From: a virus
Direction: 5' to 3' (one strand)
IMG/VR virus record: IMGVR_UViG_3300017917_004576
Coordinates: 32,001 to 96,000 of that record
Length of the DNA stretch: 64,000 bases
Shown here: piece after piece, positions 33,573 to 46,300 of the stretch
Layout of the letters: each line of letters starts with the position of its first letter
How positions within the stretch are numbered: the stretch's first letter is position 1
Notes under the pieces: generated by a model
Seen by the model: the letters and a program-made list of their open reading frames with translations, nothing else
What the model was told of the DNA's origin: nothing
Database searches by the model: none
Program-made: the position numbers and the translations under genes

Positions 33573-36500
33573 ATGAAGGTTGTAGGACAAACACTGTTTT
33601 TAGGAGCTAGTGTTATTAGTTATAGTAGCAACATAGGTTGGGGTGGAAACGCAAGTAGTCTTACAGTAGAATTAATAGAAGATATTCAACCTTTTGGTAA
33701 AGTTCCTTTTAGAAAATTTTATCAAAATCAACCAGCGGACTATGGACATCTTCATGACGAGTCGTCAGCTCCTTTACCAGGCGAACCTCAAATATCTCCA
33801 TTGCCTAGTGGGCATAATGGAAATAGAAGTTTAGGTCAAGATTTTTATAATATTTCACACTATAATAGTAGTTTATCTTATTCGCCTAATCATTACTATG
33901 AATGCTCTGGTGACGATTGTTATGTGGATGAATTAGGAAATCCTTATAATCCTAACAGAACTAAACAGGATGGCACTCCCGATCCGCCAAAAGAAAGAAA
34001 TATTCCTGGTAAAATATATTATGAATGGATAAATAATAGATTTATTTCCAAATATTGGATGCATGGAGATCCAGGATTCTTTGCAACAGGCACCAAAGTA
34101 CAGCCAGGCGGATTCATATCTTTAAGTGCTGGCCATAATGGACAACCTTTTAATACTCCTGGTGCCAATGGTTTATGGACTTATGATATTATTAATACTC
34201 CGGTATATTTTAAATTTGATAATTTTGAATTTATAGGATTAGTTAAAAACTGGGAAAGAAATAACAGGCCAGGAGGAATAACATATAGTGTTACAATAGA
34301 AGGTTTTGAAAATTTATTAGATAACTGTTGGATAATATTGGATCCTTATGGAGGATCTATCTTTGGGGCGCAGGGAGCTGGTAAAGGAACTCCAGTTAAT
34401 GATATTAATTTAAATAATTTTAATTATAATGGATTATTAAGTCAAGGAAATATTCCAAATATTTTTAATGTATATGGATTTTTAGAAAGTTTTGGAATAG
34501 ACTTTTTTGGTGGATCTAATCGAAATGATAATGGACTAAGAGCAACAGATGTATTATCTGCGCTAGCAGCCCTGACATCTGCTCATACCAGACTAGAAAG
34601 AGATGCTGCTTTTTCTCCATTTGGACGAATACTAACAAAATCCATGGCAGATATTAATGGTAATATTCAAGATATTAAATCATTTGGTATTATAACACCA
34701 ACGATAGGAACTAATAGAAATATTATAAATAATCCTCCACCACTATATAATAGTTTTAGTCTTGACTTATCAGATATTGGAGGACTTATATCCGATTATA
34801 GAATAGATAATTCTTCACAAAGCATATCGTCATTATTACAAGAATTAACAACAGCAAATGGAACAGACTATACCATTAAAGTTATACCATCTATAGTCAA
34901 TAATACTTTATATCAATTTGCAATTAAAGTAATGACTGTTGATAGAACCACATATAGATCACCGAATAATATTCGCTCCATCGTTACAAATTTAGAAAAT
35001 CAGAGATTTTCTATATCTAATAGTAATTTTGGACAAGATGTTAATCCAAATATAACTCATAAATTTATTATAGGCGGACCTCAACAAAGATTATTACAGG
35101 TTAAGAACTATAGACTCCCATATGCTCAAACTAATTATGTTTATAATCCTGTTATTAAAAAATTTATTACTTTAAATAGACCATCTAATAAAGCACGAGT
35201 TCCTGATGTTATGTCAACACGCCATCCATACATTTCAACTTTAAGTTTGGGTCCGTATATAGGAGATAGAATAAATACTAACGACACTGAAAGAGATACT
35301 AGATTCACCAGCCTAGATAGTCAGTGGAAAGATATTGAAGTTAGCGCTATAGGACGAAGTGAAGAAATTATAAAAGGAAATTATAAAAATAGTAATATTT
35401 ATTTATCTGAGTATAAAAGTTATATTGTTAGAGAAGATGATCTAAATAAGGATGTGCAGCCTAGTCAACCGAATGTACCTTGTGTTCCTAATACTCCAAC
35501 AATATTTAATAATGAAACACAATATGTTGATACTGATTGCGTGTATTATGTACCAACAACTTGTCCAGTAAGAGACTATGGAGATAACTTATCAAAACCA
35601 GATGGATGTCTTAATAATCCTACTCAACCTGGAGGTAATCAGGTAACCACAGACCCAACTATGGATGAAATTCCAGATTTTAGCGATGGAGGTTTTGTAC
35701 CAGTTACTGGTTTTGATGCTCCTGCTAGTAGATATCTGAATTTACATAATGATTGGATATGTCCATATTTTGGCAGAACTCTAGAAGAGCAATTACCACC
35801 AGCTGATGATGCTAATGAATTTAGAAGTATACGACCAGTACATCTTGATATATGGACAAATCAAATAGTTGTTAGTTTTTATATGCATGAACTACCTCAA
35901 TTAAATATAGGGGAACCATTACCTTTATATGATAGTAGTATATTTGATAAAAATCGATCAACTATGGATGTTATGGGCCCTGGAATAGATAGGGGAGAAG
36001 TTGGAGCTGGTGCGGGCGGCACAACTGCGGGATCAAGCCAGCCACCAAATCCAGCAGAAGAAGGAAATGCTGCCGAAGGATCTTGGCAACCTTTAGGAAC
36101 AGATCCAAAAAGAAGATATTTTTATAATAAACCAGGATTTACTGTTACAGAAAGTGAGATGAGAGCAGCCCAAGTAGGTTTTCCCAGCTATTTGGCATAT
36201 TGCTTAGGAAAAAGTAAATATAGTAAACCTGATTTATTTATGATGTTGGTTTCAGCTTATCAACTTAAAGGTGAATTATTCGCTAATGAGGATCTTACAA
36301 CATATTATAGTATTAATGATAATGATATACAAGAGCCTGGATTAAAAAGAGGTGGTGGTGTTGGAGAGAGAAATATAAATCATGAAGGTGTTAATTCAAT
36401 ACCTGGTGATAATATAAAAACAAATATGAATATAAACTGGAATTTATATTTAAATCATAATTTTATTAAAGATTTACAAGTAGTTTGTGAATTTATTAAA

Positions 36501-39500
36501 AGTTTAGCAGATAAATACTATGGTAAGCAATATATGGTTAAGCTACCAGATATGATATTGTATAGAGATTCCCAATATGCCAGTATCAGAATACCGGGAG
36601 TATATAGTAGCGTAGCAGTGTATGCTGGTAGTAATAAGATTTTTGGAAATTATGAATTAGCTGAAGGAGCTTGGGAAGAACCAGGCAACTTTATAGATGA
36701 TTGTATAATGATTGGTACGAATGCATCAAAAATTTTTACTGATGATAATAATCTGATAGAGCCAATAGCTGGTTATAATAATAGTTTAAATATAGACGAT
36801 GTTAGACAAAGGTGGTGTCAATTAGATGCTCAAGAAAGAATAAAAAGATTATTTGGAGAAGGAGACAATAGTATTGGGCAACAAATGCTTGATAGCCTAA
36901 GTGAAGCTGCTAATGAGATTGATGATATTATAGATAATTTAGATCAGTCAGATGCTGAACTAGGTAGTGTTCCCCAAATACAAGCCGAAAACAGAATACG
37001 AACAATATTAAATGATATAGTAAAAAAACATAATAGAGAATTAGAAGCTCAGAAACAAATTAGAGAATTTGGAACAACTATTAACTGTATTAGCGGTTTA
37101 GATAGAGCTAGAATACAGATTATTTGGAATAATATGTGGGCCAGTATTAATAAAAGTATTCAGGAATATTTAGAAGATCCAACTGTTACAGGATTGGGGG
37201 ACTTAGCTGATCAGTGGCCATCAATCATCGACCAGGCTCAACAGTCGATACTGAATATGTCTTTACTTACTTTTGGTGTTCATTCGCTGGATATATCTAA
37301 TTTAGGCGGAGGGTCCGATGCTGATTATATTATTGTTCCAGTATCGTCCAAAAAAGAGCCATTTGGACGACAATCACCAAGATCATCTAAATTATTTATA
37401 AAAGCTAATAGAGATAAAATTATTTACGGAAATATTATTAATCTTACTGATCCTAGAGCGATCATGACTGTTGATAAACTAGAGGTCTTTGATAGTAGTT
37501 TAGCATATGTAAAAGATCCCGGTTTATCTATTATTGCAAATATAGCTATTGAAGATAGTAGTATCTATATACATGTAAAAAATAGACTTAATGAACTTAG
37601 AGAAAATAGAAACGAGGCATTAGAAAGTGGAGATAATCAACGTGCTGAACAAATATTAGACGATATGCGTGTTTTAAAAACAGAAGTAGATTATATTAGA
37701 TATTTAAAACAATATATTGTGCCAGAAATAGATCCTAGGTATTTAGTAACCACAGGATCAAAAGCTAATCCTAGTGTTGATCATGCGAGAATGGCCCCAA
37801 GAGCTGCCCATCCTTACTTTTTTGCCATACCCTTAAAAAGTAATCAATTTTGCTATGGTCCTTGGACAAATTATGCTGATAATTTTATTGCGCAGCCATA
37901 TATCAATAATTTAATTCATAATGCTAAAGTAGAATACGATGAAAATTTAGTGCCATGGAAATATGGTTCAGTCAGTGCCTTGGATCGTGCTGTTGGATAT
38001 AGACTAAATGCTGATGTTAATTATCAAACAATTTTAGAGAAAGGATCTGTATCAATTTTAGGCCCACCAATATTTGGTTTAGGAGGAATCTTTTTTGATA
38101 ATCCAAACTCTACTTTACCAGCAGGACAATATAGATTTGATAATGAAAACTATAGAACTAGATATGTCCCAAATACTTTTTTTGATACTAAAAGAAATGG
38201 ATATAGAGAAATAACTTATGATTGTTTAAGAATAGATCATAGAGGAGTATCCTTTAATGGTCCATTAATATCTAATATCAGCATACAAGTAGGTGTTGAT
38301 GGTGTTACTACAACATATCAGTTTCAAACATATAATCCCAGAACAGGTCTATATAGTAAAACATATGCTGATGCTATTAGAGAAGCAAATAACGATACTA
38401 ATAAATTACAAAAAGCCATAGCTAATATACAAAATAATCTTACATCAAAAATCGAAACACAAAGACTAAAAATCTTAAAAGAAGCGAGAACTGGTAGGGC
38501 TCCGTTTGGTATCGATAAATTTAAGACAGACTTATATGGAGAAAGTCCAATAGAGATTTTTGTTGGACAAAATACTAGTAGTTTAAAGAATCCAGTTTGG
38601 TGGACAAATATTAATACTAATTTGATTAAAGATGCTGGAGACAATCCTTTGCCAATTGGAAACACTATTGAAGATCGAAAGCGATTTTTAAGTCAAAAAA
38701 GAATGTATTCATGGGTCGGTGCCGTAATGGGAAAGGAGGTAGGAGCTGAATTATTACAACAATATAATACTAAAGCGGCTATGAGTTTGGATGGACTAAT
38801 GTCCCCAGTGTCTTTTTATCCAACACAAGGAAATAGAACGTTTAATATTAGTACATATGTAGGTGGTAGTGGCGTTCCAGTAGGAGGAGGTAATACAGAT
38901 ACAACATGCCCGTATTGCTATAATAAAAGATATGTGACAATACCTTATATTGACTATCATACTAATGCTGGAGAATCATTAACAACTACATTTTATGATA
39001 ATAAAACACCAGCAGATATACAAATTCCCTGCCCTGTTTGTAGTAGAGCAAAGATATATATTAAGAAAAATGATAAATTTCCAGATAGCGAAACAGGATT
39101 ACCGGATATTAATTTATATAGTTTAAATCCAATAGTTGTTTCGTCTGGAGAATTTAGAAATCCATATGCTTCTGGTATTGATCGATGTAGACATTCTATC
39201 GGAGCTATTAGTAGAGGAGAATACAATCCTACCGAAGAAAGTTTTTATATAAATACCAATATTAACACTTATAGAAATGGACATAATCCTGATTTTTCTA
39301 GATTTGATACTAAAGTCAAAGAACTAGAAAATATTAATGTGTTGCTCAATCAAAGATTTTTAGCTTTGAGAGGCCCATTAATGATGCATGGTTGGGGATT
39401 CGATACCGATGGATATCCTATACCCAATGCTTATGATATGCCATATAGTATAGACGATAAAGGAAGACATTTGAGATTTCAGCTTGTGTCCGATACTGGA

Positions 39501-40313
39501 AATAATAAGTTTGGTTCGAATAATTTAGAAACATTTGGTAAATATGAAGTATCAATCGGAGACACTGCTCCATTAGGAGATATAATTACAACAAGATACG
39601 AATGGAAAGGCACCGGAAATGGTATAAATACTGGAAATGGAAAATGGACCAAAAAAAATAAACCATCTAAAAAATTCTATCTTAATTGGGCAGAAAGGCC
39701 TGATCTTTGGCCCGTTGGCCCAATCGATGTTAGATGGGATAATGAGAGAAGAGTATGGGATGCTAGTGGCGGCGGCTGCAAAGAAGAGATTTTACCGCCA
39801 TTTATAGTAACTAATAGAACAGATATATCAACACTACAAGAATTTTTAGAAAATAAAACAGAAAATAAATGTCCATATAGAAATATTTATGTTACATTGG
39901 AAAGCGACATGATTAAAGAAGATGATTATGATAGTACATATTCTACAAGAGCTTTTATTGATGATATAGAATATAATAAAGAACCTGTGCAAAATGGATA
40001 TAGAAGATTAGTATACGTTATAGATAAAACAGGCTATACTGCACCAAGAGGAACCAAGCTATTGTGTAGATACGATAGATTTAGTGGTTTTTATGAGCCT
40101 ATAGGAAAACCGTCTGTGACAGCAATAGGAACAATAGGAACAGGTAATCAAGCAAGAATAGAAGCACATTATGTATCTGGAAGAAGAGCTGGACAAGCAC
40201 CAGTTTTTGTTATATCTTATTCCAATCCATTAGGACTATCAGCATCTGTTGGGACCAAAGGAATTTTTATTTTTATCAATGGAAAATGGACACTTTCGTC
40301 TGCTAGATCATGA
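33573..40313 (+). CDS. Large tail-tip/baseplate hub-like protein (2246 aa)
   Basis: N-terminus FLGASVISYSSNIGWGG..SSLTVELIED; ISNISIQVGVDGVTTTYQFQTY followed by a coiled coil, typical of hub/Tal-like architecture; CPYC...CPVC pair. Confidence 0.55.
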   Translation: MKVVGQTLFLGASVISYSSNIGWGGNASSLTVELIEDIQPFGKVPFRKFYQNQPADYGHLHDESSAPLPGEPQISPLPSGHNGNRSLGQDFYNISHYNSSLSYSPNHYYECSGDDCYVDELGNPYNPNRTKQDGTPDPPKERNIPGKIYYEWINNRFISKYWMHGDPGFFATGTKVQPGGFISLSAGHNGQPFNTPGANGLWTYDIINTPVYFKFDNFEFIGLVKNWERNNRPGGITYSVTIEGFENLLDNCWIILDPYGGSIFGAQGAGKGTPVNDINLNNFNYNGLLSQGNIPNIFNVYGFLESFGIDFFGGSNRNDNGLRATDVLSALAALTSAHTRLERDAAFSPFGRILTKSMADINGNIQDIKSFGIITPTIGTNRNIINNPPPLYNSFSLDLSDIGGLISDYRIDNSSQSISSLLQELTTANGTDYTIKVIPSIVNNTLYQFAIKVMTVDRTTYRSPNNIRSIVTNLENQRFSISNSNFGQDVNPNITHKFIIGGPQQRLLQVKNYRLPYAQTNYVYNPVIKKFITLNRPSNKARVPDVMSTRHPYISTLSLGPYIGDRINTNDTERDTRFTSLDSQWKDIEVSAIGRSEEIIKGNYKNSNIYLSEYKSYIVREDDLNKDVQPSQPNVPCVPNTPTIFNNETQYVDTDCVYYVPTTCPVRDYGDNLSKPDGCLNNPTQPGGNQVTTDPTMDEIPDFSDGGFVPVTGFDAPASRYLNLHNDWICPYFGRTLEEQLPPADDANEFRSIRPVHLDIWTNQIVVSFYMHELPQLNIGEPLPLYDSSIFDKNRSTMDVMGPGIDRGEVGAGAGGTTAGSSQPPNPAEEGNAAEGSWQPLGTDPKRRYFYNKPGFTVTESEMRAAQVGFPSYLAYCLGKSKYSKPDLFMMLVSAYQLKGELFANEDLTTYYSINDNDIQEPGLKRGGGVGERNINHEGVNSIPGDNIKTNMNINWNLYLNHNFIKDLQVVCEFIKSLADKYYGKQYMVKLPDMILYRDSQYASIRIPGVYSSVAVYAGSNKIFGNYELAEGAWEEPGNFIDDCIMIGTNASKIFTDDNNLIEPIAGYNNSLNIDDVRQRWCQLDAQERIKRLFGEGDNSIGQQMLDSLSEAANEIDDIIDNLDQSDAELGSVPQIQAENRIRTILNDIVKKHNRELEAQKQIREFGTTINCISGLDRARIQIIWNNMWASINKSIQEYLEDPTVTGLGDLADQWPSIIDQAQQSILNMSLLTFGVHSLDISNLGGGSDADYIIVPVSSKKEPFGRQSPRSSKLFIKANRDKIIYGNIINLTDPRAIMTVDKLEVFDSSLAYVKDPGLSIIANIAIEDSSIYIHVKNRLNELRENRNEALESGDNQRAEQILDDMRVLKTEVDYIRYLKQYIVPEIDPRYLVTTGSKANPSVDHARMAPRAAHPYFFAIPLKSNQFCYGPWTNYADNFIAQPYINNLIHNAKVEYDENLVPWKYGSVSALDRAVGYRLNADVNYQTILEKGSVSILGPPIFGLGGIFFDNPNSTLPAGQYRFDNENYRTRYVPNTFFDTKRNGYREITYDCLRIDHRGVSFNGPLISNISIQVGVDGVTTTYQFQTYNPRTGLYSKTYADAIREANNDTNKLQKAIANIQNNLTSKIETQRLKILKEARTGRAPFGIDKFKTDLYGESPIEIFVGQNTSSLKNPVWWTNINTNLIKDAGDNPLPIGNTIEDRKRFLSQKRMYSWVGAVMGKEVGAELLQQYNTKAAMSLDGLMSPVSFYPTQGNRTFNISTYVGGSGVPVGGGNTDTTCPYCYNKRYVTIPYIDYHTNAGESLTTTFYDNKTPADIQIPCPVCSRAKIYIKKNDKFPDSETGLPDINLYSLNPIVVSSGEFRNPYASGIDRCRHSIGAISRGEYNPTEESFYINTNINTYRNGHNPDFSRFDTKVKELENINVLLNQRFLALRGPLMMHGWGFDTDGYPIPNAYDMPYSIDDKGRHLRFQLVSDTGNNKFGSNNLETFGKYEVSIGDTAPLGDIITTRYEWKGTGNGINTGNGKWTKKNKPSKKFYLNWAERPDLWPVGPIDVRWDNERRVWDASGGGCKEEILPPFIVTNRTDISTLQEFLENKTENKCPYRNIYVTLESDMIKEDDYDSTYSTRAFIDDIEYNKEPVQNGYRRLVYVIDKTGYTAPRGTKLLCRYDRFSGFYEPIGKPSVTAIGTIGTGNQARIEAHYVSGRRAGQAPVFVISYSNPLGLSASVGTKGIFIFINGKWTLSSARS

Positions 40314-43300
40314 ATAACTGTATAGTTTATAACAAAAGTTTTTTAGAGGACCTGATCGATTTCGAATCATCCGTTAAGGATGCTGTATTAAATTTTAATG
40401 CTATATCTTCATTGATTACAAATACAACACATGAAGATAATATTTGGACACCACTATTTGTTAATATTGACAATAGTAGAGAATATTGTCCCTATAAACT
40501 ACTATCTGATTTAGGATATATTTCTGGATACGATAATAATTATAATTTTTTAGGAATTCAAGATTTTTTGTCTTTAAAAAATCCAAGATTTAATTTTTGG
40601 AATGTTGAAAATGGAGAGATGGTAGCTGACTGGGTATTAAATAATCCATTATCATCGCATTTTCCTGTGAAAGGTTTGTTGTTGTGGTTCAAAAAATTGC
40701 CAATATCGCTATCCAGTCCGTCGCCCATAGACACTTTTCCAAATAATAGTAGATTATTATTTAATGGCAGGGTTTTTATTAAAATAGATAATGAAACATT
40801 ATATGAGGTTGGAGATAATACTAAAATATCTCATAGATTTACCAGTAATACTATTGCTTTTAATTATGGTGATAATAATCCTTATAATAATTTTGTTAAA
40901 ATAAATACTTTGGGTGGCGGAACCACTCCATTATTTACCATAACTAATAATCATAGTGCAGAAAATAGATCTTTTCAAACAACATCTACTATTTACCAAG
41001 AATCCGATATTATTATCAATGGTGGTAAATATTTATTATGGGTACCAAATGGAGATGTATATAGTTATTATACAAATCTAGATGAAAGCACAAGAATTTT
41101 AGAGCCAAAAGCATTTTGCCCATCATCTCTTTATCAAGCCTATAATGCTTGTTATCATAGAATAACATTAGATAATGCGAAAGATTTTGAAAAAAGACAG
41201 CTTAATATCGCTAGATGCTATAAAAATTTAGCCAAATATTTAGCCACAAGTCCATATATAGATGAGTTTTCTATTAGTAGACTATCAAATAAAAAAATTA
41301 GAGATATTAGCAATAACTATATACTAGACACTAATCTGCAAAATGCATTAATTAAAACAGTGCAGTATTTAGAATCAAAAAGTTTAATAGACGATATAAA
41401 AAATACTTTAAATACTAATATAATCTTTAATTTACATGATCTAAAATTAAAAATAATACAAAAATATGGATTAAAATTACAATTATCTAATAGTAGCGCA
41501 ATATATAGCACACAGCCATTGAGACATGGCGCTAATATTGTTGTGAATCAAGTAGGAGCCTATTTAGTAGATAAAAATATTAAGAATACCCATGTTGTTG
41601 CTAATCAAAATATTAAGATTGGTGGCTTAACTGTTGGCACAAATTTTAATGAAGAAGAATCTAAGGTATCTTTTATTGGTCCTCCATCGCCACAAACAGA
41701 TGTTGGGCTCGGGCAAGATGGCGGCGGCTACGCTCGACCAAGACCATTATATGCTATGAATGCATATATGCCAAAGATAAAAAATAGTAGAAAAAATAAA
41801 ATCAATCTTGTAATGGAAAAAACCTGTAATATTCCTAATCATCCAGAAAATATTAATCCTTCATCAGAAAATAGTCCTTTTAATGTTTTATTTAAGTTTG
41901 GTAGATCTATTAAGTTTTTTACAGATCTGATAAAGTTTAATGTTGTTACAGATGATTTCGAGTTAGACACATATAGATACGCAGAAGATCCTTCTGCTCC
42001 ATCGGAAATTATTGCAAAAGACTATATTCAATGTAGATGGGAGCAGGTTAGCGGACCACCCATATTTTTTATTGATCATATAAAAATGTATATTTCTCCC
42101 AATAGTGGCCCAGCAATAGTGGTTTCGAATGGAAGATTTACAGACTTATCGGGATATGATATATCTACTGATGTTTTTATTGGATCAACAGAGGCATATG
42201 TTTGGCCTAGCCAATCTGGTAGATATCAAATAAAATGCACTATAAAAACACCATATGGTACCTTTGTAAAGATTAAAACCTTTTATGTTACAGCTCCTGT
42301 AATTGCGGATTGGCGAGCTGCTGGAACCAATGAAAATGCAATACCACGAGATCCAGACCCAGAAGAAATATTTGTTCCAGAACCATCGGACGAATTTTAT
42401 ATTAAACAAAAAGAGAGCCTACCTATTTATCTTAATCAAGATAATTTAAGAGTTATAGTGCCAAAATTTAATAAAATTGCTTTGAATGCAAATGGGCTAT
42501 GTTGGCCAGTAGATACTAATTTGTATATCAAAAAAATTAAGCATAGACCTCAACTATTAGTTAATTTACCGATGTTTCAATTTATGTTTGATAATAAAGG
42601 ATCATCTGATCCAAGTACATTATTATTAGAATATAATTTAAACAATATAAAATATAGATTAGATAAAATAGTATTAGAAAATACTAGAATTAATAACGAT
42701 CCAAAATGTGCTGATTGTTTTAGTTTCTATTTACCACAATTATATAGTAATGGAAATGTTTGGAATAGGATCAAAGGCAGTGCTGGAGGAACAGAAGTCG
42801 CTTTCTCTCTTGTGGGGATTAGCAAAGCCGATGGTCTGGAACAAATATTTCGTTATTATACTCTTCCTTCGATATCTACAGATTATAGTCCACCAATTAA
42901 ATCTTATGGTGGTTATGATCAAAATATAATTAATACTCTAGATATTTCTACGATTCCAGATCATATAGGTCCAGGACAAACTTTTTCGGCTATTACGGGC
43001 AGACCCTTATATTATTCTGCCGATAAGCCTGGAGAAGAAGCCCCTTTTGGTAAAAAGAAATATTGTTTCGAGGACTATTTACCAGAATCAACTTCTAGTT
43101 ATCTATCTTTCAACAAAGGAGTTTTTCATCCTCAAAGCGGATGGATTCCACACGATAGTATCCACTATAATAGTGTTAGAAATACATCTAGTGTGTTAAA
43201 ATTTAATCCTGGCGCAAGAGACTCGTTTAGTTTTACCGGCCCAAGTATTACAAACTTGAATAATGAGGGATATATTGTAGAAAATAATATTGTATATATA

Positions 43301-46300
43301 TTACCTAAAATATGTAAATCCACAATTAATTTAGGCGTAATTCCTGATGCTCAATTTTTACCATATACTCAGCCGTGTAATATAAATATAACACCCTGTA
43401 GACCTGATGTGCCACCAGAATGGGAATGGCTGAATCAACTACATAGAGACACTACAGATCAATATCCAAATAGTACACCTGGTATAAATGATGCTCATGG
43501 ATATAGAGTATTGGGAGGAGGAGTACCCAAAAGAATAGAAAGAAGAATTAATTCTAATTCAAATCCAGTTATGGATGAATTCAATTTTACTAGTGATACT
43601 ATGAATAATAGTTTTAATTATCTTTTTACTCAATCTGGGCCAGCATATCCAATTAGCCCCATTCCTAATGAAGTTAATAACTTTTTTAGGATTCTAACAA
43701 CGCCAAGAGATAATATAGATCCAGAGACAGGAGATATTTCTTCTGGTCTGCCCCAACCAAATTGTTTAAAACCAGACGGATCAAAACCAGAAGGAGGTTA
43801 TTACAAAGGAGTCCCGGATCCTACTGGAGAATGGAAAGGTATAAGAAATCCAAGAGTACTAGATTTTACTATTCAAGATCTTGAAGTAAAATTAAATTTT
43901 TTGAATTATGTTAATACAAAAGATATTGCCATATCATTGGCTTTAAGTCCGTGTACAGATGAGTATGCTAGAATATGTGATGCTAAGTGTAAGGATCCTC
44001 CTCGTTTTCCTCTAGAGTCTGCTATAAAACCTGAAGCAAATACTTTTATTGATCAAACAGTAGGAACTACTGTGGATGGTCCTTATAGGTTATTAGGTAA
44101 TGGATATACTAAATTTAATAATTGGACACCAAGGGCTGGTGATGGTAATATAAATTTTAAAAACAGTTTATCTTTTATTCCATTAGGTAATGATGATTTT
44201 GACGATTATCTTCGTATACTAACCATAATGAATACGGTCTATGATCCTATTAAAATAGAAAATGAAGCTTTTGAAGATGTACTAAAACCACAAGTGTTAT
44301 ATTTGTTAAATCAAGAATATATTCAAAATCATAGTATGAATTTAAGTTTAACTTTTTCAGATAATGCAAATAAATATAGTGTGCTGTATGACAAGAGCTT
44401 TGCAACAAAAGGCTCTGGTGTCGGCTCGATATCTCAAAGCAGTCTTCGATATGGCGCTGGTGATGCAGTATTCAACGAAATAGATGTAGATAATCAAACC
44501 GCTCCGCCATATAATAATCAATATATTATTGGTAATAATGATAGTATCAAACCAACAACAAGCTCGATATATTACTCGGATCGTCAGGCTGCTATTTATC
44601 AAAATATTATGACTACTAATAAAATAAATATAGTCAATAATAGCTTTGCAAAATATAGAGCTAAGCCATTATTTCATAATTCTTCTTGTATAGGAGTAAA
44701 TGTACCGGTTGGGAGGCCCAGATACGATAGTCAAACTTCTTTTTCTTTGAACATAACAGTATATGACGAATCTGACGATATGTTTCCGTTAAACAATAAT
44801 GTCGGCTCTATGATGTTTACGAACGCCTATGACTTTGCTGGAAAAATCAATACTAGTCAATTTGACAACGCTCTATGCAGCTGGGATCTGTTATTACATG
44901 TAAATAATATCATTAAACCAACAATGCCTAATTTAAGCTCGTGTCATACCTACGGGAATAATGAAGCATTAGCATTAATAGATTATTCTAATAAACCTAA
45001 ATATGCTGGCTATAGTTTTATAGCAAATCTTAAGAATCATAAACATCTTTTACCATTTAGTAATATTAATGCTCCTAATATATTTTTTTATGACTATAGT
45101 CTATGTCAATCAGCTAAACTAGACCAACTAGGATCTCCGACGCCGGGCTATCTCGTTGATTTTCCAACAAATGCAATTTTAAATATAATGACAATTATAG
45201 CAGGAATGGCTGGCATGAGCGGAGCCGGTCTGGTCGGAATAGGTGCCGGAATAGCTGGATCAGGCCCAGGTTTGGATAGTGCATATGGGGCTCTTGTCGC
45301 ATATTTTAGTAGTATTAGAGCAGCTGAATATCAACAAGATATTTCGCATGACATTTTTCATCAAGACTATAGTAGATATCCTTTTGGTAGTCCAGAAAAA
45401 ATATTAATTAATTTTAGTAAAGATGGCGTATTCTGGTATAAAGCAGAGGCTTCGATATTTAAATATATCAATACTCCTGTTTTATCTCAAAAACAATATA
45501 CATATATTAAATTAAATAAAAATTCATTTCCTATATTATCTAGATTTACATTTGATTTTGTAACAGATATTAGGGATTTGATAGACGATAAGTATATTAA
45601 GCCGTTATCGTTGCCTTGTAGCAGCGCAGCCTCTTTGGTTGGTCCGATAACATATAATAATACGTCTTATAATTCATATGATCTGGTAGATGTTTCTTTT
45701 TCGATAGACGATGAATCTAACGCTACGGAATCATGCCAGAATGGAATCTATTCTGTTACAGATAATCAGTGGACCTTATTGACAGGCAATCCATTATTAA
45801 TAAATAGTAATCTAGATTATATTTCTGATAACAATATTCTTTTTAATAATCAAGATATTTATCGTACAAATAATATTTTTTCAAATTTTACTGTCAATGC
45901 AACAGATAACCAAATAATTATTTTAAATGGTAAAATACCCTATGAAATATTTTCTCTTAATGATAATGTAGATGTAAGTGGTAATAATCTGGAACCAGAT
46001 CCTATCATAGAAGAACCAATCGGTCCGGAAACTACGCCAGGATTACCAACAGAAGACAATACTCCGCAACCTATTTTACAACGAGCTACCGGGCCAACAT
46101 ATACTAGAAAAGTTATAGCAAAAGCTCTAATCTATAAAGACCACAAACCATATAGCGTATTAAAAATGGATAGGTCAATGCTTGGAGTCGATTTTATAAG
46201 TCCGCAAGATAATGTTGTTGTTGTTTTTGATCTATCGTCATCTTTTGATAATAAAGAAAGTCCATTAAATCAATATGCTTTTGAAAAAGACAGTATTGAT

